64,000 nucleotides of DNA, taken from positions 96,001 to 160,000 of IMG/VR virus record IMGVR_UViG_3300007539_000009; one strand, given 5' to 3'. This document shows positions 1-9,051 of this stretch, in pieces. Source of the DNA: a virus. A program made the position numbers and the translations under genes. The notes under the pieces were generated by a model, which saw nothing but the letters and a program-made list of their open reading frames with translations, made no database searches and had not been told where the DNA came from. How positions within the stretch are numbered: the stretch's first letter is position 1; each line of letters begins with the position of its first letter.

Positions 1-236
1 GACCAGGTCCGGACGGTCCAGGTACTGCCACATGCCCGGCTCTTGCGTGCTGAGATACGCACCTTCGGCTGGGCGCGTGATCTCCATCGCGTAGCGCGTG
101 CGAACACTGGACGAGCTGGCGCTCGTCTGTAGCTGCCGCAGGTACGAGCCATGCCAGTACGCAGAGCCGTGGGCGAAGTTGCCGTTGCGGATGAGGCCAG
201 GCGCAGAGCGCTGGCTCATGATTTCTAGGTTGCCGG

Positions 237-1334
237 TCATAGACGCTTACAGAGGCGGAAGCCGCGTGAGACAGGACGTGTGGCTGCCTGCTCGAAGGTG
301 TGAGGGTGATCCGGGATGCCGTTGTTACCGCCCGGTGCGTCTACAGAAGGGTTGGTTCCTGCGTAGTCGAGCTCCGCACCAGTCTGCCCGGCATCCTCCA
401 CGACCGTTTTTGAGTTCTCAGACACGAAGTTCACGTTGTCGGGTGTGCCCGGGGTGATCTTGGTGACCTCGGAACCGTGCAGCTCAGTACCGGTGAGCCC
501 TGATGATGTGCGCGGGAAGTTGCCAATGCGCGTTTGCACGTCAGAGTCGGCCGCAACCCACTCGTCCAGCGGCTGCTCATCACCGTTACCGAGCTCCTCG
601 AACCCGGGAGGGCAGCCGCCACCCATGGACATGATGATCGCACCTTGCGGGAAGCACTCAAGCAGAGGGTCACCGAGGTACGGCAGCGCCGAGTACGCCC
701 CGAGCGTGAACGAGAACAAACTGACGTCAACTGTGGCCAGATCGCTGTCAGCCTGACGGCTAGTGCGCAGCCCCATCTTGCTCACGGGCTGGGGCACTTG
801 AACGATGGCACTGAACCGACGCCACAACCCCTCGCTCTGAGCGCGACGGTCAAGCTGCTGACCCTCGAGAGGCGTCAGAGTGAGCTCGGTACCGTCAAGC
901 CCGTACGCCACTGGCGTAAAAACATAGCCTCCCTGAGTACCTCGGTAGCTCCACGAGAAGGTGTAGACCTCCTCCTCGATCAGCGAGCTCACTTCACCGA
1001 TATAGCCAGCTTGTACCGATGCTACCTTCTCCGGCTGGAGCGGTACTTGGAAGTCAAACACCTGCGAGTTGGGGTCGGGCAGGAATGACTGCAGCAACTC
1101 AATGTTGTTGGTGCTCTGCAGCGTCAACTGCAGCCCGCGTTCAGGCCCTGCAGATAGATCCTGGTCAGTCAAGACAGCGAAGTTGTTGCTCGAGACCGCC
1201 TCAGGCAGCGACGACTCAACTGCACCAGCGATTTCCCACACCGCAGGGCGACCATCTGACTGCACCAGGTCAAAGTGGCCGTTGCGCAGCAGGTTGACGG
1301 CCTGGTACGTGCTGGTGAACCTGAGCGCACTCAT
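237..1334 (-). CDS. Virion/tail-fibre protein with galactose-binding-like N-terminus and tail-collar-like C-terminus
   Basis: N-terminal NLLRNGHFD motif; C-terminal FPQGAII..GGGCPPGFEEL..GNFPR..HPHTF..RLCKRL resembles phage tail-collar modules. Confidence 0.55.
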   Translation of the reverse strand: MSALRFTSTYQAVNLLRNGHFDLVQSDGRPAVWEIAGAVESSLPEAVSSNNFAVLTDQDLSAGPERGLQLTLQSTNNIELLQSFLPDPNSQVFDFQVPLQPEKVASVQAGYIGEVSSLIEEEVYTFSWSYRGTQGGYVFTPVAYGLDGTELTLTPLEGQQLDRRAQSEGLWRRFSAIVQVPQPVSKMGLRTSRQADSDLATVDVSLFSFTLGAYSALPYLGDPLLECFPQGAIIMSMGGGCPPGFEELGNGDEQPLDEWVAADSDVQTRIGNFPRTSSGLTGTELHGSEVTKITPGTPDNVNFVSENSKTVVEDAGQTGAELDYAGTNPSVDAPGGNNGIPDHPHTFEQAATRPVSRGFRLCKRL

Positions 1335-1759
1335 CAGTTCTTGCCTTTGGCGGCCGGTTCGATCCCCCGCATTCTCAGCCGGCCTTCCAGGCTGCGCTGA
1401 ATGTCATCAAACGGGGGCACCGGCATCAGCACCGGCTCCACCACAGGCTCCTCCTCGATCTCAGACTCAGGAGGGGGACCACCAGGACCAGCAGGGCCGG
1501 CTGAGCCCGGTATGCCAGGCGCAGGCAGCATTACCGGCTCCTCGCTGACCATCATGTCTGACACCATCGGGGGCGGCAGCTGCAGGAACAGGACGGTCAG
1601 GTCCTGGATGGTGGCGCGCAGCTCCCTGATGTCGTCGTCCTGCCGACCATTGATCACGTTGCCGCTGCTGAAGTCATGGATGGACAGGCTGACCCATCCG
1701 ATCCAAGCGAGTGCACCACCCGCTACGGTGCCCAGGAGTATCTTCGTACCTTCGTGCAT
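1334..1759 (-). CDS. Single-pass membrane protein with Pro-rich tail
   Basis: ATG at 1759; hydrophobic ILLGTVAGGALAWIGWVSL, short coiled coil, Pro/Gly-rich linker; TGATG-coupled to next gene. Confidence 0.55.
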   Translation of the reverse strand: MHEGTKILLGTVAGGALAWIGWVSLSIHDFSSGNVINGRQDDDIRELRATIQDLTVLFLQLPPPMVSDMMVSEEPVMLPAPGIPGSAGPAGPGGPPPESEIEEEPVVEPVLMPVPPFDDIQRSLEGRLRMRGIEPAAKGKN

Positions 1760-1783
1760 AGCCAATCGTCCTGAACATACCGT

Positions 1784-1820
1784 AAAAGAAAAGCGCCCGA
1801 CCATTGCGGTGGCCGGGCGC
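1784..1820 (-). terminator. Rho-independent terminator
   Basis: Minus strand GCGCCCG-GCCA-ccgcaa-TGGT-CGGGCGC followed by TTTTCTTTT. Confidence 0.85.
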
Positions 1821-1831
1821 TGATCCAGTCT

Positions 1832-1993
1832 TCAAACGAGGCGCTTCACAACTTCGTCCTGTTTCTCAGGGTCAGCCGCGTCCCGTCGGAGCTTTCCAGC
1901 CTCGATCATGGACGCTACCAGCTGATCCCTGAACGCTAGGGCCTGGGACCATTGTGCCGATTCAGACCACATCCCGGCATGGGGACTACTCAT
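1832..1993 (-). CDS. Small hypothetical protein
   Basis: ATG at 1993 overlaps the stop region of the upstream ORF; ends just before the terminator. Confidence 0.35.
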   Translation of the reverse strand: MSSPHAGMWSESAQWSQALAFRDQLVASMIEAGKLRRDAADPEKQDEVVKRLV

Positions 1994-2276
1994 CGGACTT
2001 GTAGTGCTTGAGGGTCTCTTCGATCTGCTGAATGCCGGCCTGCATGTCAGCGACGACAGCATCAATGGCTGCCAGTTGATCTGCCTTGGTGATGGTCTGC
2101 TGTCCCGCCACGATCAGCGAGTCCCGGCCACTCGCCGCGATCGTCTTGCGGGCTTCGCCTAGTGCAAGTACACGACGCTTGAGATCGGTGGCCACAACCT
2201 CCATCTCACGCATGCGCTGCTTGACGTGTTTTTCGGAGTGGGCCTGTGCTTGCTGAAACTGGTGCTCTGAGTTCAT
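1986..2276 (-). CDS. Hypothetical coiled-coil protein
   Basis: 96 aa, helical, ATGA-coupled. Confidence 0.6.
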   Translation of the reverse strand: MNSEHQFQQAQAHSEKHVKQRMREMEVVATDLKRRVLALGEARKTIAASGRDSLIVAGQQTITKADQLAAIDAVVADMQAGIQQIEETLKHYKSDE

Positions 2277-2629
2277 TCGGTATCCCTAAGGTTGGTATGT
2301 TTTGCCACTAGCTGCTGAGCGGCGTTCATGAACAACTGATTGGTGCGTTCAAAGATGACGTCGTATGCCGGGTTGAGCTCAATCTCAGCGTCGGTCCGCT
2401 CGTCATACAACGGTTTGCTGAGTCCGCGTTTGTACGCCTTGACTGTCCGCATTCGGACATAAGAGGCACGGGGGATACTGGACCTCCAGAACTGCCACCA
2501 GCGTCGTCGCGCGAGTGGCCCTACACGCACCTGGTCCAGCACGTAGAAAACGATGATGCCATCGTTGCGCATCTCACTGCCCGCGCAGGCAACTTGATAT
2601 GTGATCCAGTCCGAGTCGGTGTACTGCAT
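2273..2629 (-). CDS. Hypothetical protein
   Basis: TAGGAG Shine-Dalgarno upstream of ATG 2629. Confidence 0.65.
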   Translation of the reverse strand: MQYTDSDWITYQVACAGSEMRNDGIIVFYVLDQVRVGPLARRRWWQFWRSSIPRASYVRMRTVKAYKRGLSKPLYDERTDAEIELNPAYDVIFERTNQLFMNAAQQLVAKHTNLRDTE

Positions 2630-2697
2630 AGTTGCTCCTAAAAGCAAAGGAGTAAGAGAGAGGGGATACAGGACTCATGCCCCATATCCCCTCACGT

Positions 2698-3033
2698 TTA
2701 GACGTCGATGCGCGGGTGTGGCGCGTCTTCTGGAGCAAACCACTCGAAGTGGCCGCAGACGTGACAACGCCAAAGCTGCTCCATGCCCCGGCTTACTTGC
2801 TTCTCATCGTGCTTCCATAGATGACCACCTGAGTGGCCGCAGCGCATGCGCCGATGATAGATGCGACGCACTTCGCGCCACGCTCTGATCTCATCGACAA
2901 TTGCATCTCGCCAGATGCCTACCCAGATGTTGCTGAGTAGACGCCACAGTGAAGCAGGACGAGCCGGCCAGTTCTTCTGATGCCCTACTGGCAGCTGGCG
3001 TTTACGACCTGCGTACCACTCATACTCCGTCAT
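2698..3033 (-). CDS. Hypothetical protein with Zn-finger-like CxxxGH...CxxC
   Basis: RCGHSGGH..WRCHVCG; fills gap in operon. Confidence 0.45.
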   Translation of the reverse strand: MTEYEWYAGRKRQLPVGHQKNWPARPASLWRLLSNIWVGIWRDAIVDEIRAWREVRRIYHRRMRCGHSGGHLWKHDEKQVSRGMEQLWRCHVCGHFEWFAPEDAPHPRIDV

Positions 3034-3448
3034 CACCCTCACCTTCAGGGGTCAGGTCGAGCTCCACACCCCAATCAGGGGCGTTGATGTCAGCAATGGC
3101 CGCGCCCTTGTCCGTGATCATGAGGCCCGAGCCATCAGGACCATCTACCGTGGTTACCCAGTCACGGTCGATCAGTGCGTTGAGGATCTGCGTGGGCAGC
3201 TGCACGGGGAACTTGTAGTACTCACGCTCCTCGACTGACTGGGCTACGGCGAACTGGAAGCTGACGAACACCAGCCAGCCGATCACGCGCTGGTCGGTGA
3301 GCTCATCTTTCATTTGGAGATAGCGCTCGTGAATCCGCTCTGCCATGCCGATCGGGTTGTTCACGTCAATGGCCATGTCAGGGACAATGCCGGTGAGGAA
3401 CCCAAGGGCTTGGATGTATTGCGAGTTCAGGCTCTCTTCTTCAGTCAT
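3020..3448 (-). CDS. Hypothetical protein (wHTH-like C-terminal half)
   Basis: LIDRDWVTT..GLMITDKG wing-like motif; start inferred at MTEEE. Confidence 0.5.
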   Translation of the reverse strand: MTEEESLNSQYIQALGFLTGIVPDMAIDVNNPIGMAERIHERYLQMKDELTDQRVIGWLVFVSFQFAVAQSVEEREYYKFPVQLPTQILNALIDRDWVTTVDGPDGSGLMITDKGAAIADINAPDWGVELDLTPEGEGDDGV

Positions 3449-3734
3449 TGGTGTACGCCAGGATGTCGTTTTCACGCAGGACGAGGTAGGTATCTCCGTC
3501 TAGGTCAACTTCTAATCCAGCGTACGAGCTGATGATCACGCGGTCTCCCGCCTTCGTTGATGTAGGCAGGAAGTCGCCTGACTCCTCAGTGATTCCAGGA
3601 CCGACAGCCAGCACTGTGCCCTCTCGAGCCGGCTCCTGCAGTTGATCCGGGATCACGATGCCACAGTCCCACTCGGTGATCTTGTTGTCGAGCTTGAGGA
3701 GGATGTTGTCTCTGAGGGGCTTGAAGTCGATCAT
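3441..3734 (-). CDS. groES: Co-chaperonin GroES
   Basis: FKPLRDNILL..GIVIPD..EGTVLAVGPG..KAGDRVIISSYAGLEV..YLVLRENDILA. Confidence 0.95.
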   Translation of the reverse strand: MIDFKPLRDNILLKLDNKITEWDCGIVIPDQLQEPAREGTVLAVGPGITEESGDFLPTSTKAGDRVIISSYAGLEVDLDGDTYLVLRENDILAYTND

Positions 3735-4087
3735 GCGAAGGGATCCTGGTTTGTCGAGAAGCCGGATGCCGCACTACTGCGCAGCTGGAAGAATCGAGCG
3801 TGCTGCGGATACTCCGCAATGAACATGCGCGCGTACACAGAGTGGTGGTTGTTGTTGAGCTTGTAGGGCTCTCCTCTGGTCTCGATCATCGTGTACCACC
3901 TAAGGCGCTCCCAGATCATCTTTGCACCGAAATAGTCTCGCCCGCTAGCTACCGCCTCTAGCGCAAACCGCCGGAACAGTTTGTACACCTCGGGGTTGTC
4001 GCGATGAAAGACTATAGCGGCGTCAAACATAGAGCTGTCTTGACGCACAGATTGGGCAGGGGTCCACGGATCATCTGCTTTGACCAT
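3731..4087 (-). CDS. Conserved phage hypothetical protein
   Basis: FHRDNPEVY..IWERLRW..YKLNNNH..YARMF..FFQLR pattern recalled from uncultured phages. Confidence 0.65.
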   Translation of the reverse strand: MVKADDPWTPAQSVRQDSSMFDAAIVFHRDNPEVYKLFRRFALEAVASGRDYFGAKMIWERLRWYTMIETRGEPYKLNNNHHSVYARMFIAEYPQHARFFQLRSSAASGFSTNQDPFA

Positions 4088-4475
4088 CGAAACGCTCCCT
4101 CAGTTGCTGCACCTGCTTATTGATGTCTTGCTGCCAACCGTCCTTGGTCTTGGGCGGGCGGTCATCAACGAGGACCATACCCTGCACTTCTGCATCTCGG
4201 ATCACCACCATGCAGGCCATTGCTTTCACGAGGTGTGAGACGCCTGACTCGAGATCAGTGTCTTCGCCTTCCCACCACGCATCGAGGTGACGGCGCGCTG
4301 CATCGTAGTACGTAGATGTCACGAGCCCAGCAGTGCGCCAGTTGTACGCGCCATACTTAAGCGCGCCTTCTAGCATTGCGAGACCGAGCTCGTGCATCAC
4401 AACAGGCGGCACGACATGCGTGACTGACTTGGCTGAGCCAGCTTCGTGCTTCGGGTTATCACCAGGGATTGTCAC
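4071..4475 (-). CDS. dATP/dGTP diphosphohydrolase-like protein (DUF5664 / dGTP_diPhyd_N family)
   Basis: NPK..GSAK..EGALKYGAYNWR..YYDAARRHL.AWWEGED.D.ESG.SHL..A.AC. Confidence 0.85.
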   Translation of the reverse strand: MTIPGDNPKHEAGSAKSVTHVVPPVVMHELGLAMLEGALKYGAYNWRTAGLVTSTYYDAARRHLDAWWEGEDTDLESGVSHLVKAMACMVVIRDAEVQGMVLVDDRPPKTKDGWQQDINKQVQQLRERFDGQSR

Positions 4476-4687
4476 ACGCTCAGCTCCTTAATCATGGACT
4501 CTGCTTCGTTAGCGACATCAAGTTGACCGATATTGCCGTGAATGAACTCGAATGCCTCTTTCGCCCTAGCCAGCTTGGTGCGTAGTGCTTCGTACTCTTC
4601 CCACTCGACATACTCACCATCATCAGAGGTCTCAAGAACGTAGCCGGTAGCCCGGTCAATGTTGAGTGTCCAACGCTCTACAGTCAT
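4472..4687 (-). CDS. Hypothetical protein
   Basis: 71 aa, GTGA/ATGA coupling on both sides. Confidence 0.6.
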   Translation of the reverse strand: MTVERWTLNIDRATGYVLETSDDGEYVEWEEYEALRTKLARAKEAFEFIHGNIGQLDVANEAESMIKELSV

Positions 4688-5085
4688 GCCTTGTCTGCCT
4701 CTGCTTCGTAATCGATGGGCTTGCCGTCTAGAGCTCTACGGGCGAGCCGCATGTCCTGCTCGGTGATGACAAACGCCTCTGCCATAGGATCGAGGATACT
4801 GAAGGTGCTGCGCGGCTTACTGTGGAACTCGAAGAACAGCACGAAAGGCCGCAGTAACTCGGTGCGTTGTTTGATCTCCCTGCAGGCCGCAGCCATCGCA
4901 TCGTCGATTGCACCTTCCCACTTGACCGGGTACGTGTTCTGCAGCTCCATCCAGTGATCAGCTGCACGGCTAACCAGATCCGACATGCGCTGAACTGCTT
5001 GCCTGCAGTCAACGGCAACAAAAGTCATCTTCTCGAGCTGAGCCTCAAGCTGCTTGATGCGCTCCTTGTCACTGAGCTCGCTCAT
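4684..5085 (-). CDS. Hypothetical protein
   Basis: 133 aa, coupled. Confidence 0.6.
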   Translation of the reverse strand: MSELSDKERIKQLEAQLEKMTFVAVDCRQAVQRMSDLVSRAADHWMELQNTYPVKWEGAIDDAMAAACREIKQRTELLRPFVLFFEFHSKPRSTFSILDPMAEAFVITEQDMRLARRALDGKPIDYEAEADKA

Positions 5086-5399
5086 TGGGTCTCTTCCAGG
5101 TGCTTAGCCGCTTTGATCAGCAGCTCACCGATTTGTCGCGCGTGCTTGGAGCCGCTGATGACCAGCTCACTGCTGGGCTTGGTCTGGAGCATCGTAGTGC
5201 TGCCTTCGAGATCGCGACCACGGACCTGGATGGTGACGCAGTAGTCGTTAGGCACGGTAGTGATGGTGAACGCGAAGTCACCGGCACTATCCCACAGCAC
5301 GTATTCAACGTCCACGTGATCGTCTGACTCTTTGTTGTCGTTCATTGCAGTAAAGAAGAAAGGGGTAAAGGGTGCGGGTACGTGTGACTTATGCCACAT
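5082..5399 (-). CDS. Hypothetical protein (start uncertain)
   Basis: Coupled to the downstream gene; MNDNKES is an alternative start. Confidence 0.5.
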   Translation of the reverse strand: MWHKSHVPAPFTPFFFTAMNDNKESDDHVDVEYVLWDSAGDFAFTITTVPNDYCVTIQVRGRDLEGSTTMLQTKPSSELVISGSKHARQIGELLIKAAKHLEETQ

Positions 5400-5444
5400 G
5401 CACCCGCGCGGGTTGTCAGACCTTTTGGGTCTTGTGGTACTCAG

Positions 5445-5669
5445 TCATTCGGGTAACCGTGCTTTCTCTGCTAGGCGAGCCGCCTCGCTGATGCGCTTGG
5501 CGATCTCAGGGGCTAGTTCGATGGGGAACCTCACCACGTCTTTCATGACGAGCTTATCGTCTTCCCGCTCGTGATAAGAAACAACGATCCTAATCGCGTC
5601 CTCATCAGCCACGTTCCAGTGGTACTCAGAATTGTTGGTGACCAGAAACTCGGTCCAGGGCTTGCTCAT
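5445..5669 (-). CDS. Hypothetical protein
   Basis: ATGA overlap at 5666-5669. Confidence 0.55.
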   Translation of the reverse strand: MSKPWTEFLVTNNSEYHWNVADEDAIRIVVSYHEREDDKLVMKDVVRFPIELAPEIAKRISEAARLAEKARLPE

Positions 5670-5917
5670 GTGATGTCGTGTGTAACTTTGACGAGGATGG
5701 GCTCCTGCGCCGCGGGGCATGTGGCGTAGTGCGTGAACTCGCGATCACCCACGACCAACGGCTTGGTGAACTCTGAGAACGGCATCTGGCCGTGATGCTG
5801 CTTACAGCGGGGGCAGTTGTTCGCTCGCAGCATGATGGTACCCGGCTTCACTCCGGCCTGCTGCAAAGTTCGGAACGCTTCCTGCGGGTCGAAGGGTGTA
5901 CGCATGGTGTGGGGCAT
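5666..5917 (-). CDS. Small Zn-finger-like protein
   Basis: CPRCKQHH...HYATCPAA. Confidence 0.55.
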   Translation of the reverse strand: MPHTMRTPFDPQEAFRTLQQAGVKPGTIMLRANNCPRCKQHHGQMPFSEFTKPLVVGDREFTHYATCPAAQEPILVKVTHDIT

Positions 5918-5964
5918 AAGGGGTGTAGAAAAGCCATCACCAGTTGAAAGAACATACGCAAGGC

Positions 5965-5989
5965 GGAAAGAGAGCCACGTGTGTGGCCC
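5965..5989 (-). terminator. Probable intrinsic terminator
   Basis: GGGCCAC-acac-GTGGCTC followed by TCTTT on the minus strand. Confidence 0.5.
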
Positions 5990-6005
5990 TCGGGGTTGCG
6001 ACGGA

Positions 6006-6260
6006 TTAGCGCTGCTGCGCCTCCGCCATTGACATGAACTTGCTCACGGGCCCGACATACAGCATCTCGGGCTCCTCACGCGTGGCGTCCCACACGCGGA
6101 TCTCGTCGTCATCGGCACGAGCACGCAGGCGCAGGTAGACCGTGCCGTTGCACTTCATGGTGTACTCGTGAGACACCATGCTGTCAGCCAGGGCCACGTG
6201 GTACAGCCACTGGCGTACCGCCGAACGCTTGAGTACTTGCGAGATCATTTGAGTGGTCAC
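6006..6260 (-). CDS. Hypothetical protein
   Basis: AGAGGA SD upstream of GTG 6260. Confidence 0.5.
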   Translation of the reverse strand: MTTQMISQVLKRSAVRQWLYHVALADSMVSHEYTMKCNGTVYLRLRARADDDEIRVWDATREEPEMLYVGPVSKFMSMAEAQQR

Positions 6261-6288
6261 AATGTTCCTCTGCTGGGGGAAGCGGAAA

Positions 6289-6326
6289 GTGCCGGCTGCA
6301 TACCACGTTGGTACACAGGCCGGCAC
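6289..6326 (-). terminator. Long intergenic hairpin / possible terminator
   Basis: GTGCCGG-c-CTGTG-TACCA-acg-TGGTA-TGCAG-CCGGCAC then TTT. Confidence 0.5.
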
Positions 6327-6405
6327 TTTACTCTTGCCATAAACAGCGACGATTTAAGCAGGCATCATGCTGCATTCGGACCCAGGATACTGCGCACTAC
6401 TGGTG

Positions 6406-6774
6406 TCAGGTGCTCTGCTCTGCCTCCAGCACCCGGTTGGTGATAGCGGTTACCACCAACGCAGCGTTGTTCATGGCTGCCAGCGCAGCGGCTACACGAG
6501 CGGTCTTGGTGTACTCGGTGTCGTTCTCGTCGATGTAGTCGATCAGCTGAACCTCGCGTTGCCCATTCATGAACATGTTCTGGACCTGCACGAAGGTCTC
6601 CTGCATTGCCCGCATCTGGAGCTCCTGCGCCATCTCACGCGTCAGCGGCTTCGGCAGGTCATCGAGCTTCTTGTCCACCTCAGCTAGCGCGGCTTCGAAG
6701 ATGGCTTGGGCTTCGGGGTTGGAGTACTCGTTCTCTTTCACGGGGTCTCTTCTGTCGTTGTTCTCGGGGGCCAT
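6406..6774 (-). CDS. Hypothetical helical protein
   Basis: 122 aa in coupled run. Confidence 0.6.
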   Translation of the reverse strand: MAPENNDRRDPVKENEYSNPEAQAIFEAALAEVDKKLDDLPKPLTREMAQELQMRAMQETFVQVQNMFMNGQREVQLIDYIDENDTEYTKTARVAAALAAMNNAALVVTAITNRVLEAEQST

Positions 6775-6775
6775 T

Positions 6776-7042
6776 TCAGTTGCCTTTCAGTCTCTCGTCG
6801 TACTCAGCGGCCAGTCGGCACGCTTGCTTCTCCAGGTACTTGGCGGCTTCGATCAGCCGGGGGATGTAGGTGTCAGTGATGATCTCAGCAGCTTCTTTGT
6901 ATCCATTGGCTGCGAGGAAGCCCGCGCCTTGGTCGAGTACCTGCCGGCGACGATCGGCCTCCGCAGCTTTATCGAACAGCGCGCCGACCACCTCCTCCTT
7001 CTCCTTCTGGAGCGCTGCGCGGTTGGGGTGTAGTAGTGACAT
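6776..7042 (-). CDS. Hypothetical protein
   Basis: 88 aa, TGATG-coupled. Confidence 0.6.
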   Translation of the reverse strand: MSLLHPNRAALQKEKEEVVGALFDKAAEADRRRQVLDQGAGFLAANGYKEAAEIITDTYIPRLIEAAKYLEKQACRLAAEYDERLKGN

Positions 7043-7941
7043 CAGCTGTAGGTCCTGTAGAACACTTGGAGGTAGTCACCCGCACGGACAACAGCGCGGG
7101 ACTGGGTGAGGACGAGGGCAGCGCCGTTGGCTGCCACGGTGTAGTCGAAAGGGCGCATCAGCGCCAAGTTGTTGTGAAGTACGATCAGCCTGTCATTGAC
7201 TGATCGTGGTGCTAACCGGAACCGCAGTGATTGGTTGAGCTGATCAAGCCCACTGCGAGGTGTCACGCAGATGCGTGTGTAGGCCCACTTGGTGTTGATC
7301 CGGGCTACACGCTCAGCGACTGTCTCCCCTTCATACAACCAACCAGTAAAGAAGAACTGGTCATTGGAGGGGATGCCGAAGTCGTAGGGGTTGCCGCTCG
7401 CGAAGAACAGCACCCCTGTCGACGGATCAAACAACGGCCCAGAAGGGTGGTTCTCCTGGAGCTCAGTGGTTGGAGCAGACGTACCATGCCACAGGCGAGC
7501 ACTGTACGTCTGTCCGTTCGCATTGGGTGTCTGGTTAGGACCATCTACCCAGCCATCTAAGAAGCCGATGCCAGGTGGCTTGGTTGCCCAAGGCTGGTCA
7601 TCAGCGCTGTCACCATCAACCAAGATCCAAGCACGGTTGTCAGGCACTGAGGGGACCTGTGAAAACCCCAAACTATCAATCGGAGGTATCTGATCATCTC
7701 CGAAGCGCCTAACAAGACCATTAGAGACACCATCATCCAGTGTGGGCGGTGGTACCTCGAGCTCTTGACCGATCATCAGCTCAGGAGCCGTGATGTAGTG
7801 AGAAGGCAGCGCGGAGCTTCTCCTCGTGACTACAGCCGGATCCTCACCAGGCAAGAACGTGCTACTGGTGTGCGATTGGTTGAGCAGCCGCTTTGTCAGC
7901 TGACTCAACCACTCCTGGTACTGATCGGTGAACGTGGCCAT
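7042..7941 (-). CDS. Probable virion structural protein
   Basis: P/G/D/S-rich beta composition; C-terminal small beta module (PFDYTV...RAGDYLQVFY) also seen in the tail proteins. Confidence 0.5.
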   Translation of the reverse strand: MATFTDQYQEWLSQLTKRLLNQSHTSSTFLPGEDPAVVTRRSSALPSHYITAPELMIGQELEVPPPTLDDGVSNGLVRRFGDDQIPPIDSLGFSQVPSVPDNRAWILVDGDSADDQPWATKPPGIGFLDGWVDGPNQTPNANGQTYSARLWHGTSAPTTELQENHPSGPLFDPSTGVLFFASGNPYDFGIPSNDQFFFTGWLYEGETVAERVARINTKWAYTRICVTPRSGLDQLNQSLRFRLAPRSVNDRLIVLHNNLALMRPFDYTVAANGAALVLTQSRAVVRAGDYLQVFYRTYS

Positions 7942-7958
7942 ACCCTCAGTGTCTTGGC

Positions 7959-8096
7959 TCAGCGCAAGCCGAGCGCTTCCTCGGCCGCGAGTTCTGCCTC
8001 TTCATAGCCAGACGCTGTCATCTGCGCGGCTAGCACAGCTGCTTCTAGTCGCTTGACTTGAGCATCAGTCGTCGCGGGTTTCTCGGGTTGTAGCAT
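7959..8096 (-). CDS. Small hypothetical protein (45 aa, below ORF-track cutoff)
   Basis: MLQPEKPATTDAQVKRLEAAVLAAQMTASGYEEAELAAEEALGLR; fills gap. Confidence 0.4.
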   Translation of the reverse strand: MLQPEKPATTDAQVKRLEAAVLAAQMTASGYEEAELAAEEALGLR

Positions 8097-8274
8097 CGTC
8101 GTTGGCTTGTACAGAAACGCGACGGCCACAACGGCCATCGCTTGATGTCACTTGGTTACCGCACCGTGCGCAGCGGTAGCGCGGCCCGCAGGCAGCGCCT
8201 CCGCACATGGTGAACACTTCGGGCTGGTTGAACTCGAACTCGAGCTGTGTGTAGCTGTTGGATGAGTAGCTCAT
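8065..8274 (-). CDS. Small Cys-rich (Zn-finger-like) protein
   Basis: CGGAACG..CARCG..C; ATGA-coupled to upstream peptide. Confidence 0.4.
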   Translation of the reverse strand: MSYSSNSYTQLEFEFNQPEVFTMCGGAACGPRYRCARCGNQVTSSDGRCGRRVSVQANDDATTRETRDD

Positions 8275-8351
8275 TCGACGATGTCCAGAAGGTCAAGGAG
8301 CAGGTAGGTCACTACAAGAATGGCCGCTGCCCAGAGGATCGCACAGACCAT
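8271..8351 (-). CDS. 26-aa single-TM peptide
   Basis: MVCAILWAAAILVVTYLLLDLLDIVE; stop overlaps the next ATG. Confidence 0.4.
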   Translation of the reverse strand: MVCAILWAAAILVVTYLLLDLLDIVE

Positions 8352-8367
8352 ACACCCAGTGTTGGCT

Positions 8368-8420
8368 AAAGAAAGAACAGAGGGCTCTCCCACTCGCGAC
8401 GAGCGAGTGAAAGAACCCTC
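8368..8420 (-). terminator. Rho-independent terminator
   Basis: GAGGG..ACTCGC-tcgtc-GCGAGT..CCCTC followed by TGTTCTTTCTTT. Confidence 0.7.
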
Positions 8421-8468
8421 ATAGATCTCATGCCAGGACGGTGACCCTTCCGAAACGGTACGACGACA

Positions 8469-8645
8469 TCAATCCCTCCATCCTTGGCCGTGGAACAGAT
8501 GGCGGCACCGATGGGCGAAGACACTCCACAGCAACCCCACCAAGGTATTTGCAGAGTAGCTTCCTTCCGCCACCACTAGGTGATAGCGGTACTCGCGGGT
8601 GTTGAACGGCTGCCTCTTGTACAGCTCCTGACTTACCTCATCCAT
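8469..8645 (-). CDS. Small hypothetical protein (58 aa)
   Basis: MDEVSQELYKRQPFNTREYRYHLVVAEGSYSANTLVGLLWSVFAHRCRHLFHGQGWRD; start overlaps the upstream stop. Confidence 0.45.
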   Translation of the reverse strand: MDEVSQELYKRQPFNTREYRYHLVVAEGSYSANTLVGLLWSVFAHRCRHLFHGQGWRD

Positions 8646-9051
8646 TTGAGACTGCTTTCTGCTCGCAGAGCTTGGCGAGCTCTTGGTGTACGTCGATAGC
8701 GGTGTAGCCGTCCTTGGTGACGTGGAAGCCTACGCCGTAGGCGTCGAGGCCACGACTGTCCCAGCTAACCTCTTGGAAGCAGATGTTGCCCAGAATGTCG
8801 AACTCAAACATGTAGCGCTGCAGCCACTCAGCCGCATGCGCACCTTCCAGTCCCTCAGTGCTGGCGTGTGCGCCGATCAGCACCTCGTTTGGGTTGTTGA
8901 TTTGCACGTCGAAGCACAGCTCGTGCTCAGCGCGCACGTCGTACTCGAAGCTGTAGAGCTCAATCTTCTTGCGCACGTCGTCCCACCACTCTGTCTGCTC
9001 GTCTGTCAGGTTGATGAGGGACACGTTGAACTGCACATAGGTATCAGACAC
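8638..9051 (-). CDS. Hypothetical protein
   Basis: 137 aa, coupled. Confidence 0.6.
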   Translation of the reverse strand: MSDTYVQFNVSLINLTDEQTEWWDDVRKKIELYSFEYDVRAEHELCFDVQINNPNEVLIGAHASTEGLEGAHAAEWLQRYMFEFDILGNICFQEVSWDSRGLDAYGVGFHVTKDGYTAIDVHQELAKLCEQKAVSNG

